Positions 51,592 through 64,000 of a stretch of DNA of 64,000 bases are shown here, piece by piece; positions within the stretch are counted from its first letter, which is position 1, and each line of letters starts with the position of its first letter. The stretch is from Escherichia phage vB_EcoM_phAPEC6. The position numbers and the translations under genes were made by a program. Below the pieces are notes generated by a model. The model ran no database searches. It had not been told where the DNA came from and worked only from the letters and a program-made list of their open reading frames with translations. The DNA lies in the sequence record MK817115.1; one strand, given 5' to 3'.

Positions 51592-51851
51592 TCGGCTGAA
51601 TTATATAATAAAGCCGTGAAAAGTTCTTCTGTCATTTCCAATTGATTTAATAAAAAATTAAAAGAATTTGCCTTATTTTTAATCCCAGTACTTTCAGCTT
51701 GGGCTGATGCAACTAATAAAACTTTAAACATATCATGTGAAACTTCATATACATATTTGGTATTTTTTCTATCTTCAAACATGAATCTTCCGTTTTTAGA
51801 TACTAATGTTACATCCTTGAAACTAAATTTTCCATCATCAGTTATCATCAA
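51579..51851 (-). CDS. hypothetical protein (90 aa)
   Basis: ORF in track. Confidence 0.5.
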   Translation of the reverse strand: MMITDDGKFSFKDVTLVSKNGRFMFEDRKNTKYVYEVSHDMFKVLLVASAQAESTGIKNKANSFNFLLNQLEMTEELFTALLYNSADWIL

Positions 51852-51904
51852 AATCTGTCCAAATAAAAAGCCCAGATATTCATCCGAGCTTTAATTATAT
51901 TTTA

Positions 51905-52231
51905 TTAACGACCAAAGGTTAGCATTTTAGTTCGTGGATCTTCATCTGAAACTAAACTAACTGCGGCTGGATAATCAACCAAGTTTAATTCAATACCATC
52001 AACTTCAATAGTTCTTGACCATCGACCATGATCAATTAAAATCCATTGACCTTCTTTAATATCAGTAATGTCTTCGCCTACAGAATAAACTTTTGCCCAG
52101 CGAGAACGAATACCTCTAATTTTACCGTCATCGTTTGTTAAAACGATACCACCTGCTGTTTTGCGTTCACCATGTTCCAGTTCAGTTACCAGTACTTTAC
52201 CTTTACATGCAGTCATTACTTTATTAGTCAT
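51905..52231 (-). CDS. GroES-like co-chaperonin (108 aa)
   Basis: GroES-like pattern: KVLV...ERKTAGGIVL...KVYSVGE...IELNLVD. Confidence 0.6.
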   Translation of the reverse strand: MTNKVMTACKGKVLVTELEHGERKTAGGIVLTNDDGKIRGIRSRWAKVYSVGEDITDIKEGQWILIDHGRWSRTIEVDGIELNLVDYPAAVSLVSDEDPRTKMLTFGR

Positions 52232-52239
52232 TTAATATA

Positions 52240-52584
52240 TTACTCCTGATCTTTGGTTCTAGCTCGACGTGGTGCTTTCTTCTCTTCAGAAACCTCAGCT
52301 TCTTGTTCTTCGGGCTTAACTTCAAAACTCTCATCATCCCATACTTCATCCGTACCATGTTCAGTACTATGAAGTTGATGTTCAGGGATATAATCAGGAA
52401 TTTGCATTTCTCGTTCTTTTTCTTGAATCAACTCTTCACGAGTTTTAATAATTGTTCCACCGGAACCGATTTTATCACCACGTGCGTTTAGATTAGCATT
52501 ACCCAATGCTACCTGATGTTGATTTTGGTACTTGAGCATATCCATGTCAATTGTTGTACCACGATAAGTTGTATGTTTAGACAT
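52240..52584 (-). CDS. hypothetical protein with acidic/basic C-terminal tail (114 aa)
   Basis: ORF in track. Confidence 0.55.
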   Translation of the reverse strand: MSKHTTYRGTTIDMDMLKYQNQHQVALGNANLNARGDKIGSGGTIIKTREELIQEKEREMQIPDYIPEHQLHSTEHGTDEVWDDESFEVKPEEQEAEVSEEKKAPRRARTKDQE

Positions 52585-52647
52585 ATCAAAATCCTTTTAT
52601 TGTATGTGTGATATAAGCCTACAATAAACATTATATCACATGTTTTT

Positions 52648-53166
52648 CTACCATTTCAAAAATTCGTTAACATCAAGTTCGTACTTCAATGAATCTACCA
52701 TATGTAGTCCAATCAAAAACAAACAGTATGATGCAACAGAGCTTCCACGTCCTAGACCCCAAAAGATCTCATTTTCTTCCATATAATCAACAAGCCATAT
52801 CATACATCTTAGTAGCTTTGTCATATTATAATATTCATATAAATCAAGTTCATACTCAACACGTTTTCGTGCTTCATCGGATGTGCATTTTTGTAAGAAA
52901 AAGTCACGCAGATTTATATTGTCGTATACTGGATCATATCGCCACAGTTCATGATTTTTATCATGCTCAATTGTATAATCCAGCATACGTTGTTCTAAGC
53001 CAAATTTTTTACAGTTATCATTGAATTTCAACCTTTCAGGTTCATCAATTTCCTGCAATTGTAAGTACTGGATATCTGCACCGCAATTGATTGCATAAAC
53101 AACTGCGTTAAGATTACATTTCACATCACCATTGGGACTTATAAATCTGTTTCCTTGTACTTTCAT
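52648..53166 (-). CDS. hypothetical protein (172 aa) with a Pol III alpha-like GRGS segment
   Basis: C-terminal GLGRGSSVASYCLFLIGL resembles the DnaE GPGRGSAAGSLVAYALGIT segment; rest unrecognised. Confidence 0.55.
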   Translation of the reverse strand: MKVQGNRFISPNGDVKCNLNAVVYAINCGADIQYLQLQEIDEPERLKFNDNCKKFGLEQRMLDYTIEHDKNHELWRYDPVYDNINLRDFFLQKCTSDEARKRVEYELDLYEYYNMTKLLRCMIWLVDYMEENEIFWGLGRGSSVASYCLFLIGLHMVDSLKYELDVNEFLKW

Positions 53167-53437
53167 TTTTCTTCTTCTGGGCCTCTTCGTTGTCAGTTAG
53201 ATATGAATCCATATCGAAGATACATGGGTCTTCTTCGTCATAAACAGTTTTTTCTTTTTGTCCTTGGCGAAGTTCTAGTTCAGCATAACATTGATTTAAG
53301 ACAGTTTGCATATTACCAATAATCATGTCACTTAGGCCAGCAGCACGAGCAGAAGTTAAACGCATAGACTGTTCATTAATTTTTAACTGTAGTTCTTTTT
53401 CCGTCATTCCAGACGGGTCAAAAAACGGATTAAACAT
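53126..53437 (-). CDS. hypothetical protein (103 aa)
   Basis: ORF in track. Confidence 0.5.
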   Translation of the reverse strand: MFNPFFDPSGMTEKELQLKINEQSMRLTSARAAGLSDMIIGNMQTVLNQCYAELELRQGQKEKTVYDEEDPCIFDMDSYLTDNEEAQKKKNESTRKQIYKSQW

Positions 53438-53438
53438 A

Positions 53439-55859
53439 TTAACCTCCTATGTTATTGTTTTGCAATGTAATCAAAAATGTATCTGAAACATAATTCACTG
53501 ATTCATGCGAAAAGTATCCGAATTCAACCGATGTGATTTCGAACTCTACACCTACCATTGTACCATGTTCATTGTTCTGAAGTAAAGTGTTGAAAAATGC
53601 TTCACCTTTCCCTGGTTGACAATATGCAACTGGAATGATAGGCATGAATTTTTTCTGTATACCATCTTCAATGTATGGGTGATTCATAAATCTTGGAACC
53701 GTATCAAGCATTTCATCACTGATACTTGGTATCGCATCAACGTATAGACCACGATTTTGTAAATCGGTTGGGTCTTTTACTAAGTTGGTTGTGTCTTCAC
53801 CAATAGCCTGAAAAATATTTTGTCGTAAACCAAATAATTCACCAAGCTGACCGTTGTCGATTTGAGTATATTGACGTGGATTTTTGGATACAGATACTAA
53901 AGATCCTTCAGGTAAAACCTCTCTATATAATAGATCATATTGTAAGTTACCTTGATTGTCAAGTGCTGATATTATTTTATAATTACCCATTACCATTTTA
54001 AATTTTCCATTTGGAATAGTAGTTCCATTTGGGTTAATTATACTATTTCTCAATACTTTCTTGATATCAGAAAGGTTAGTATATGGATACGTTTGACTTA
54101 GGAAGTTTTCTTTCAATAACATCTTCGGTATTTTCTGAAGACCATATCTATTGTCAGATTGTCGGAAAAATAGTTGATTAGTGAATGATGAAGTACTGAT
54201 ACATTTAAACCATTCTCTCTCAAATGCAACCGAAGGTAATACATGTGCACTCAAATAATTCTGTCCGAATCCTCTTACAATCTTAAGGTTAAATATTTTT
54301 CTTGCTTCACCACCTTCAGTACTAAATGCTTTAACATAAAACGATAATTTAATATCATCATTTTCACTAAAATCAATACTTTTGGCATATGCAGTTCCTA
54401 CAAGATATCCATCTGGTGTCAAATCTATCCCATACTTTCTAATGTCATCACCACCATCTAAAACATACGAAACTTGATTAGAGCTATCAGTTTCAATTTT
54501 AGGATATATACTGTCTCCAAAATATTCACCAACATGTATGGTTCCTAAATCACTATCAGTAATAAAGTTTATATTATTACCTTCTTCTGCGTTTATCAAA
54601 ACCCTGAACATTTTTTGCATACCAATGATATTATCACCAAGAGTAGAGTCATAATATCCTAAATCAATCCAATCACTACTATCATAAACGGGCTTAATTG
54701 TTCCATTATCGTATTCACCACTAATTACGTATGGATACACAACATTATCTTTTAATTGATATAAATGATTGGGTAGTGGTTTTTCTGAAATAGAATATAT
54801 AGTATCTATGTCTTCAGGACAAACCCACATTTGATATGCTTTATATCGTTGATTGATAGCAAACCTTTCACTTTCTTCGGTGTATGTACTTAATATATCA
54901 ACAATCTCAACTTTAAAATATGCATCACAAGCATCTGAGTCATATAAAAATGTTTGCAATAATTGCCCATTTGGGTTGAACACCATTCCAGTGTCAATTA
55001 AATTACCATTTCTATTTTGAATATTAACTTTTACTTCTTTGTTTATACCAGAAATAGGCCATGTTGATTGTGCTGGCTTGAATACTGCGAAATCATTCGT
55101 AATATGTTTATCTGGAACTTCAGAAATATCCATGTCAATCAAACGATATGCTGGAAAAAAGACACGAGGTGTAATATCAGTAGTCATGTCAGTACCCAAA
55201 ATGAAAGGTCGTCTTCTTCCAAATCCTTGAACGAACAATGTACTGTTGGAGCCATACTCAACATCACCAATACAATAAAGCTTTTTGTCATCACCAATCT
55301 CAACTCCAGGTGTAACCCAAACTTCTTGACTATCATATGTTATTGATGTATCAGTTAATCCTAGAACACCACTTGGTGAAATATTTCCAAAATACATAAC
55401 ATTTACTGCTTGTAAATAAAAATTTATAATTTCTGTATTATTATAGGTTCCATCATTTTTACAATGAATTTTTATAAAATAAACATCTTCACTATTAGTA
55501 CTTGCAGATAAGTTAAATTCATTTTTGCTGATTTTACACTTATGCTTACCATTTACTAATTTATTACCAGTTGTACCATCTGAAATAGGAACAAAAGTAT
55601 TTTCGTCATTACCAACATAAAAAGTATAATGTGGTTCTGGATCAAATACAGCACCTGAACTATCCAAGCATTGTATGTTAAGAATCATTTCTAAGTATTC
55701 ATCTTCATTTAATACATAGCTATCATCCGTTGTGCTTTCTTTATTGATACTCAAACGCACAAGAATGTCTTGTCCTTCTTGTATATATCGAGCATCGGCT
55801 TTTATATCCCATCGTGGGGTAAAAGTTGTCATTATAATTCTCCATAGCCAAGCTGCCAT
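53439..55859 (-). CDS. large hypothetical protein (806 aa), beta-rich
   Basis: Longest ORF in window; Asn/Gly/Thr/Tyr-rich; no catalytic motif seen. Confidence 0.8.
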   Translation of the reverse strand: MAAWLWRIIMTTFTPRWDIKADARYIQEGQDILVRLSINKESTTDDSYVLNEDEYLEMILNIQCLDSSGAVFDPEPHYTFYVGNDENTFVPISDGTTGNKLVNGKHKCKISKNEFNLSASTNSEDVYFIKIHCKNDGTYNNTEIINFYLQAVNVMYFGNISPSGVLGLTDTSITYDSQEVWVTPGVEIGDDKKLYCIGDVEYGSNSTLFVQGFGRRRPFILGTDMTTDITPRVFFPAYRLIDMDISEVPDKHITNDFAVFKPAQSTWPISGINKEVKVNIQNRNGNLIDTGMVFNPNGQLLQTFLYDSDACDAYFKVEIVDILSTYTEESERFAINQRYKAYQMWVCPEDIDTIYSISEKPLPNHLYQLKDNVVYPYVISGEYDNGTIKPVYDSSDWIDLGYYDSTLGDNIIGMQKMFRVLINAEEGNNINFITDSDLGTIHVGEYFGDSIYPKIETDSSNQVSYVLDGGDDIRKYGIDLTPDGYLVGTAYAKSIDFSENDDIKLSFYVKAFSTEGGEARKIFNLKIVRGFGQNYLSAHVLPSVAFEREWFKCISTSSFTNQLFFRQSDNRYGLQKIPKMLLKENFLSQTYPYTNLSDIKKVLRNSIINPNGTTIPNGKFKMVMGNYKIISALDNQGNLQYDLLYREVLPEGSLVSVSKNPRQYTQIDNGQLGELFGLRQNIFQAIGEDTTNLVKDPTDLQNRGLYVDAIPSISDEMLDTVPRFMNHPYIEDGIQKKFMPIIPVAYCQPGKGEAFFNTLLQNNEHGTMVGVEFEITSVEFGYFSHESVNYVSDTFLITLQNNNIGG

Positions 55860-55919
55860 TATCTATAGATTATTTATATAAAGGACAAGGAAGACCCATA
55901 AGGTCTTCCATTAAATATA

Positions 55920-57332
55920 TCAATTGTCTGATTTAGGAGTAAAGTCAATCTTTCTTAGTTCTTTTAGTTCAGATTTATAAATGTCCCAAATTAAGTCATG
56001 ATTAGATAACAGTTCATTGTACTTATCCATCAAATCAAGATTATCTTGAATATCTTGTAGTACTGATTGATAATTATCTTGCGTCCAGCGATATGAAGGG
56101 AAGTTTACAATGCTTTGAATATTCTCTTCCGTTGCTTCAATTTCGGTATTTAACGATTTAACGAATTCAACCATTTCAGCACGGTTTGCAAATCCTTTTA
56201 CCTTAGCAATCATATCATTATCGAAACATTCTTTAATTAGAATTTTATAACGAACTTCAGCAGCACAATCATCAAGTTTCTTTTCATAACGCTTGATGTA
56301 ATATTTGAAACGGAAATCAACGAAGTCTTTAATCAAATCCATCGTAGTATCGTAAACTTTCACTTTGCCATTTTCACCTAGAACAGTTAAATGTTGAGTC
56401 ATTTTTTTGTTAATGCCAAAATACTCAATAACATCCATCTCTGTCCATTTAGCTGACGTTCCACGTGGAAGTTTAATGGTAATATCAATTACATCAGTAC
56501 TATCATTGTCATAATCACGAATCTCACCATCATCACTCATTTTGATTAGTTTTTCGATGAATTTCTCAATACTGTAATTAGGTGGTAAGCCTGTTACTTT
56601 AACAGTGCTTGCATCAATAACCTCAGCTTTACCATAGAATTCATACTTATTTTCATCAAGCTTAGTCACAACATCACTTGCACCACATGAAACATAATAT
56701 GGGGTCATTTCTTTTAGTGGTTTTTTATCAATAGCACGAATGCAATTATCAATAATATCTTCAATTTTATGTGGTAGAATTGTACTCTTATAACCAACTG
56801 ACATACTATCATTACCAAACAATGATAATGGAATAATAGGCAAGAAATGAACAGGTTCATATGTTGTCCCGTCATAGTTCTCTTTCATTGGTATAATATC
56901 AGCATCACGCAAAACAAGCATCTCAGTACTCTTATTCTTTTTAACATAAGTGTAACGAGCAGATGCTGGTGTACTGTTTACTTGTGTACCAAAACCACCA
57001 CGTTTTCCAATAAGAGGATAGTTGTTAGCTACTGGAGATGCTAGATTTTGAAGTGTTCCTGATGCTGACGTGTCCCCATGAAGATAGATACCATCACTAA
57101 TCATTTTTCCAGCACATGATACTGTTTTAATTTCCCCACTAATTTTAGATAATGTGAAGATTGCTTTACGTTGTGAACTCTTTAGACCATCAATTCCAGG
57201 AATAGCACGGTCTAGTGTATACATCGAATATTCTAGTGATGTTGTATTCACATAATCAGAACTGTTATAATCTAGTAGAGTTAGTGTTTGGTTATCGATA
57301 TTATGATTTTCTGTTTTTTTACTTTTAGCCAT
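55920..57332 (-). CDS. 52: DNA topoisomerase II medium subunit, gp52-like (GyrA-like)
   Basis: YSMYTLDRAIPGIDGLKSSQRKAIF aligns with GyrA/gp52 N-terminal signature; 470 aa. Confidence 0.8.
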   Translation of the reverse strand: MAKSKKTENHNIDNQTLTLLDYNSSDYVNTTSLEYSMYTLDRAIPGIDGLKSSQRKAIFTLSKISGEIKTVSCAGKMISDGIYLHGDTSASGTLQNLASPVANNYPLIGKRGGFGTQVNSTPASARYTYVKKNKSTEMLVLRDADIIPMKENYDGTTYEPVHFLPIIPLSLFGNDSMSVGYKSTILPHKIEDIIDNCIRAIDKKPLKEMTPYYVSCGASDVVTKLDENKYEFYGKAEVIDASTVKVTGLPPNYSIEKFIEKLIKMSDDGEIRDYDNDSTDVIDITIKLPRGTSAKWTEMDVIEYFGINKKMTQHLTVLGENGKVKVYDTTMDLIKDFVDFRFKYYIKRYEKKLDDCAAEVRYKILIKECFDNDMIAKVKGFANRAEMVEFVKSLNTEIEATEENIQSIVNFPSYRWTQDNYQSVLQDIQDNLDLMDKYNELLSNHDLIWDIYKSELKELRKIDFTPKSDN

Positions 57333-57382
57333 TCCATTGTCTCTTGGTAAAAGGGGAACACCATGTTCCCCATTAGTCTATA

Positions 57383-59347
57383 TTATTCCATCCAGTTCTT
57401 ACGATCATCTGCACGTTTCTTGTTGAAAATCAAATCAAGAGTTTCTCCAAGACGTCCATCATCGGTGATCGCTACTGCAACACTATTAGTGAATGCATCA
57501 CGGAAGTTTGCTTTTTCTAAAGTTCCTAAACCTTTTGCACGCGTTGCTTTCCAGCCTTTCCAATCATCTGGGTTATATTCATGCACATTATGACCATAGT
57601 AGTATTTTGATTCTTTACCTTTCTCAAGAATGATAAATGGTGTTTTGAATACATACACAAATGGATTTTCTGGGTCTTGAAACAATTCAGGCCAGAATTT
57701 AAATAAGAAGTTACACACTAGAGCACCAATGTTCTTCCCATCTTCATCTTCATCAGCACAGATGTAAAGCTTACCATAGTTTAGTTCAGAACGTTCTGCT
57801 TTAACACCTGGAACTAAGTTGATACTAGCCATTATATCATGTAAAGCCATTGAATCCATTAATTCTTTGGTTTTCTCAGTACCACTGACGTTCATAATTT
57901 TCCCACGCAATGGTAGAATACCATGAATACTTGGTATACGAGCACTAGCCATGTTGGAAATTGCAGAGTCACCTTCTGCAATCAATAGAATACACTGTGA
58001 ACGGTCTGTTCCAGTACTATCCAATAGTTTTGCAACTTTACCTTTTAGAAGTTTCTTTGCTAGGCGACGATCTTCTTCTGCATCTTTCTTATTTGTACGG
58101 GCAGCACAACGTTCGAAGATTTCATCAACCCATTCTTTGTTCTTCTTAACTAATTCATCAAACCATTCGGTACTCATAGCTTGTTGAATTGGACGGATTA
58201 CGTTTTCATTAGTTAGTTTAGATTTAATCTGTGAGTTGAATGAAGGTGCTTTCATAGTTGTGACATTATAAATCAACAAACCTTCTTCAATATCAGAACG
58301 ATTAGGTTTCATCCTACGTTTCTTAGATTCTTTCTCTAGTGCAGTTCCTACACCGAGTGAGAAGAATTTCTTGAATGTATCAAGATGTGTACCACCATCA
58401 AATGCAGGAGCATTGTTAACCAACCCATGCATATGGAAATTCGTGTTCATGCCAGCTACTGCATTAGGAACAATATAAAAAGTACTGTTAAAATTGAATG
58501 AATCATCTTTAACATTCAACTGCATTAATTTAGATGCATTGAAGAGTGCTTTTTCAGTGTTTCCTTTAATAGCAATACGTTTCCCGTTCAGAAAGATTTT
58601 ATAAGTTGGGTTAGCTGCTGCCATTTCTTTAAGAATACTATAAAGTAATTCTGTAGGTAGTTTTCTGTTTGGAAAAACTTCTTTACTCAAAGTAAAACGA
58701 ATTGTTGTTCCAGTTTTATCGGTTTGTACCTTTCTAATAGTAGGTTCGTGTACATGAAGCTCAGGGAACATAATAGTTCCTTCCTCAAACTTCTGATTGA
58801 ACTTATAAAACCCATCATAACCATCATTACTACTTTGTGTTTTATACGGACGACCTTGGCGATGAATTTCTAACTCTGCCTTAGAACTGACAATCATTGC
58901 AACAGAACCACCTAAACCATTCTGACCAATCGTTTCATCACGTTTTGAATCGTCAAAGTTACGGCCTGTTTTTGTTTCAGTCATTACCATAGTACACAAG
59001 TTTTTCTGATACTCTGGAACATAATCAATTGGAATACCACGTCCATTGTCACTAATTTCAAATGATAGTTCTTCTTCATTGAAATCAACTTTCAAAACAG
59101 GTTCTTTGGTTCCAGCTTTTTTAAATTCATCTAAGCTGTTATCAATAATTTCACGTGTAGCAGTAAGAATTGCAGGAACCCATTCTACGTTCTTAACCTC
59201 ATAACCTGATTCGCCAAAAATCAGTACTTGACTTTCATGCACTGAACGAGAACCAAGATACATCTCGGTACGCAAACGAGCATGTTGATAATCGTTAAGT
59301 CGTTGAACATCATGTTCCTGTAGAACAGCACTTTCTTTCTTAGCCAT
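57383..59347 (-). CDS. 39: DNA topoisomerase II large subunit, gp39-like (GyrB-like ATPase plus Toprim)
   Basis: GHKL ATPase region (EISDNGRGIP, GLGGS) and Toprim (ILLIAEGDSA); 654 aa. Confidence 0.85.
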   Translation of the reverse strand: MAKKESAVLQEHDVQRLNDYQHARLRTEMYLGSRSVHESQVLIFGESGYEVKNVEWVPAILTATREIIDNSLDEFKKAGTKEPVLKVDFNEEELSFEISDNGRGIPIDYVPEYQKNLCTMVMTETKTGRNFDDSKRDETIGQNGLGGSVAMIVSSKAELEIHRQGRPYKTQSSNDGYDGFYKFNQKFEEGTIMFPELHVHEPTIRKVQTDKTGTTIRFTLSKEVFPNRKLPTELLYSILKEMAAANPTYKIFLNGKRIAIKGNTEKALFNASKLMQLNVKDDSFNFNSTFYIVPNAVAGMNTNFHMHGLVNNAPAFDGGTHLDTFKKFFSLGVGTALEKESKKRRMKPNRSDIEEGLLIYNVTTMKAPSFNSQIKSKLTNENVIRPIQQAMSTEWFDELVKKNKEWVDEIFERCAARTNKKDAEEDRRLAKKLLKGKVAKLLDSTGTDRSQCILLIAEGDSAISNMASARIPSIHGILPLRGKIMNVSGTEKTKELMDSMALHDIMASINLVPGVKAERSELNYGKLYICADEDEDGKNIGALVCNFLFKFWPELFQDPENPFVYVFKTPFIILEKGKESKYYYGHNVHEYNPDDWKGWKATRAKGLGTLEKANFRDAFTNSVAVAITDDGRLGETLDLIFNKKRADDRKNWME

Positions 59348-59408
59348 TTGATTTCCTTATCGTGTCTCTTTGTCCTAAAACATTGTATCATCAATGTCAT
59401 TTTTGTCT

Positions 59409-59440
59409 CAAAAAAAATATCGGGACATCTAGTCCCGATA
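59409..59440. terminator. bidirectional rho-independent terminator
   Basis: Perfect 8-bp hairpin atcgggac/gtcccgat flanked by A-run and T-run. Confidence 0.7.
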
Positions 59441-59442
59441 TA

Positions 59443-60233
59443 TTATTTTACTAACATAAGTTTAAGTTCAGCACTTGGACTTGATTCATCATCACTCCAG
59501 TACTTATGAACTTTATCTAAACTTGCCTTTGCAAGAACTTCACCACCACCTACTATGTAGACTTGATGTGAACCAATTAAACGGGTCCAGAATTTAATTG
59601 CATCATCGGTATGAAGACTGTCGCTCAGTACTTTTACACCATTAGCTACCATATCCATAAAAATATTATAGATGATGCCCTTAGTTCCGGTTTTAGAAGC
59701 TGTGGCAGCAATCTGAAACACATTAGGAACACCGAGGACTGCATCATTGGATAAATGTCCACTAACGATAGCAAGCTGTTTACCCGCCTTATCATAAGCA
59801 ATAAAACCTGTGCCATGCTTATTCATGTAAACATCATATTCTTTATGTTCCGCGAATTTTACCATATTTTTCTTACCAGTCATTTCAGCAGTTTTATCAA
59901 CAAACTCATCTCTGTCTTGACCTTGAAAACTATCGAAGCGTTGTGGCATTTCATCCAGCTTATCTTTTTCATCGTCACATGAATCCATTATATCACAAGT
60001 TCTGTCATCTGTATCAGCTAGTTCTGCATCTTGTACAATATCAACCAAACTACGCATACTAGATTCTTTAACTTTATCAGGGAGTTTTGATCCTTTTTTA
60101 AGATTTCCTTCCTTCTCATCAGCAGCGTTCCACTCTTTTGCTGCACTTTGTGAAATGCCCGCTTTTTTAGCAAATTCTGGATTATGAGCAGCGGCAGCGA
60201 AAAACTTCGCCTGACTTTTACTTTTACTTGGCA

Positions 60234-60234
<1 letters not shown>
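59443..60234 (-). CDS. hypothetical protein (263 aa)
   Basis: Long ORF ending at terminator. Confidence 0.65.
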
Positions 60235-62400
<2,166 letters not shown>

Positions 62401-62411
62401 AAGTCTATATT

Positions 62412-63474
<1,063 letters not shown>

Positions 63475-63543
63475 GTAATAAAAGCTCCAATATGATTTTA
63501 ATGTTTTGTTCGATAGTAATTATAGGATAGAACATTAGTTCTG

Positions 63544-63738
63544 TCAAGCACTATCATTGTGTTTTTTAATTGCTTCACAGATTGCTTGAACTTGAACAAG
63601 ATAAGTTTTTGCAAATTCTGCTTGGGTTCGCACACGTGGGTTTGGTGCGTCTTTGATCATAAGTTCTAGGTCATAAACTACCTTATCAAAAACTCCCTTG
63701 TCTTCAATAATACGATCATAAAATGTTTTGTCAGTCAT
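63544..63738 (-). CDS. hypothetical small protein (64 aa)
   Basis: ORF in track. Confidence 0.45.
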   Translation of the reverse strand: MTDKTFYDRIIEDKGVFDKVVYDLELMIKDAPNPRVRTQAEFAKTYLVQVQAICEAIKKHNDSA

Positions 63739-63761
63739 GTCAAGAACTCCATGTTATAAAA

Positions 63762-63989
63762 TTATAATTTAACGTAAGATACTACTGATGCATCAGTAAC
63801 TGAAGGAACATTAAGATACACGTTCTCATATTCAATAAAATCAACAGTACTTGTAGTAAGTGCGTTCTTGATTCTCTGAATGGTTTTTTGTACAGTTATT
63901 TCTTCATTTACGATAGCATTAGTACCGTCACCTTTCAATGAATCATTGATTAGTTTTTGAATTATTTCAGCAGCTTTTGCAGTTTTCAT
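63762..63989 (-). CDS. hypothetical small protein (75 aa)
   Basis: ORF near window edge. Confidence 0.45.
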   Translation of the reverse strand: MKTAKAAEIIQKLINDSLKGDGTNAIVNEEITVQKTIQRIKNALTTSTVDFIEYENVYLNVPSVTDASVVSYVKL

Positions 63990-64000
63990 ATCTTCAGTAG

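Noticed and set aside
53439-55859. 806-aa protein as an rIIA homolog, by position next to the topoisomerase genes
   Set aside because: No GHKL ATPase-type motifs or other rIIA-like features are visible; position alone is insufficient.

Overview
This window looks like a 64-kb piece of a large, AT-rich (roughly one-third GC, judged by eye) virulent phage genome, not a bacterial chromosome. Coding is compact and almost entirely on the minus strand, with one clear plus-strand gene (14466..15620). A T4-like replication core is recognisable by motif: split type II topoisomerase (gp39-like 57383..59347, gp52-like 55920..57332), clamp-loader gp44-like AAA+ ATPase, DexA-like exonuclease, GroES-like co-chaperonin, HAD nucleotidase, C5 cytosine methyltransferase, HNH endonuclease and a sigma-70 family factor. 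The gene order is not that of T4. Unusual cargo includes homologs of translation initiation factor IF-3, a ClpS-like domain and an HslV-like peptidase. There is a minus-strand cluster of six tRNA or tRNA-like genes (Thr, Asn, Arg, Ser, Gly and two atypical ones) and many consensus sigma70-type promoters (TTGACA, 16-17 nt, TATAAT). The most striking feature is an expanded family of at least 22 small paralogous proteins (about 120-190 aa) sharing a conserved motif, approximately [ST]-E-E-x-[FLY]-F-Q-x-S-[TL]-[IV], which I cannot assign to any family I know. A second tandem mini-gene family (six copies, all starting MTHEEWM) is interleaved with the tRNAs. The palindrome AGTACT, often as CAGTACTG, appears strongly over-represented and also sits in promoter spacers and in two operator-like inverted repeats. 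All calls are from reading the sequence and translations; no database searches were run.
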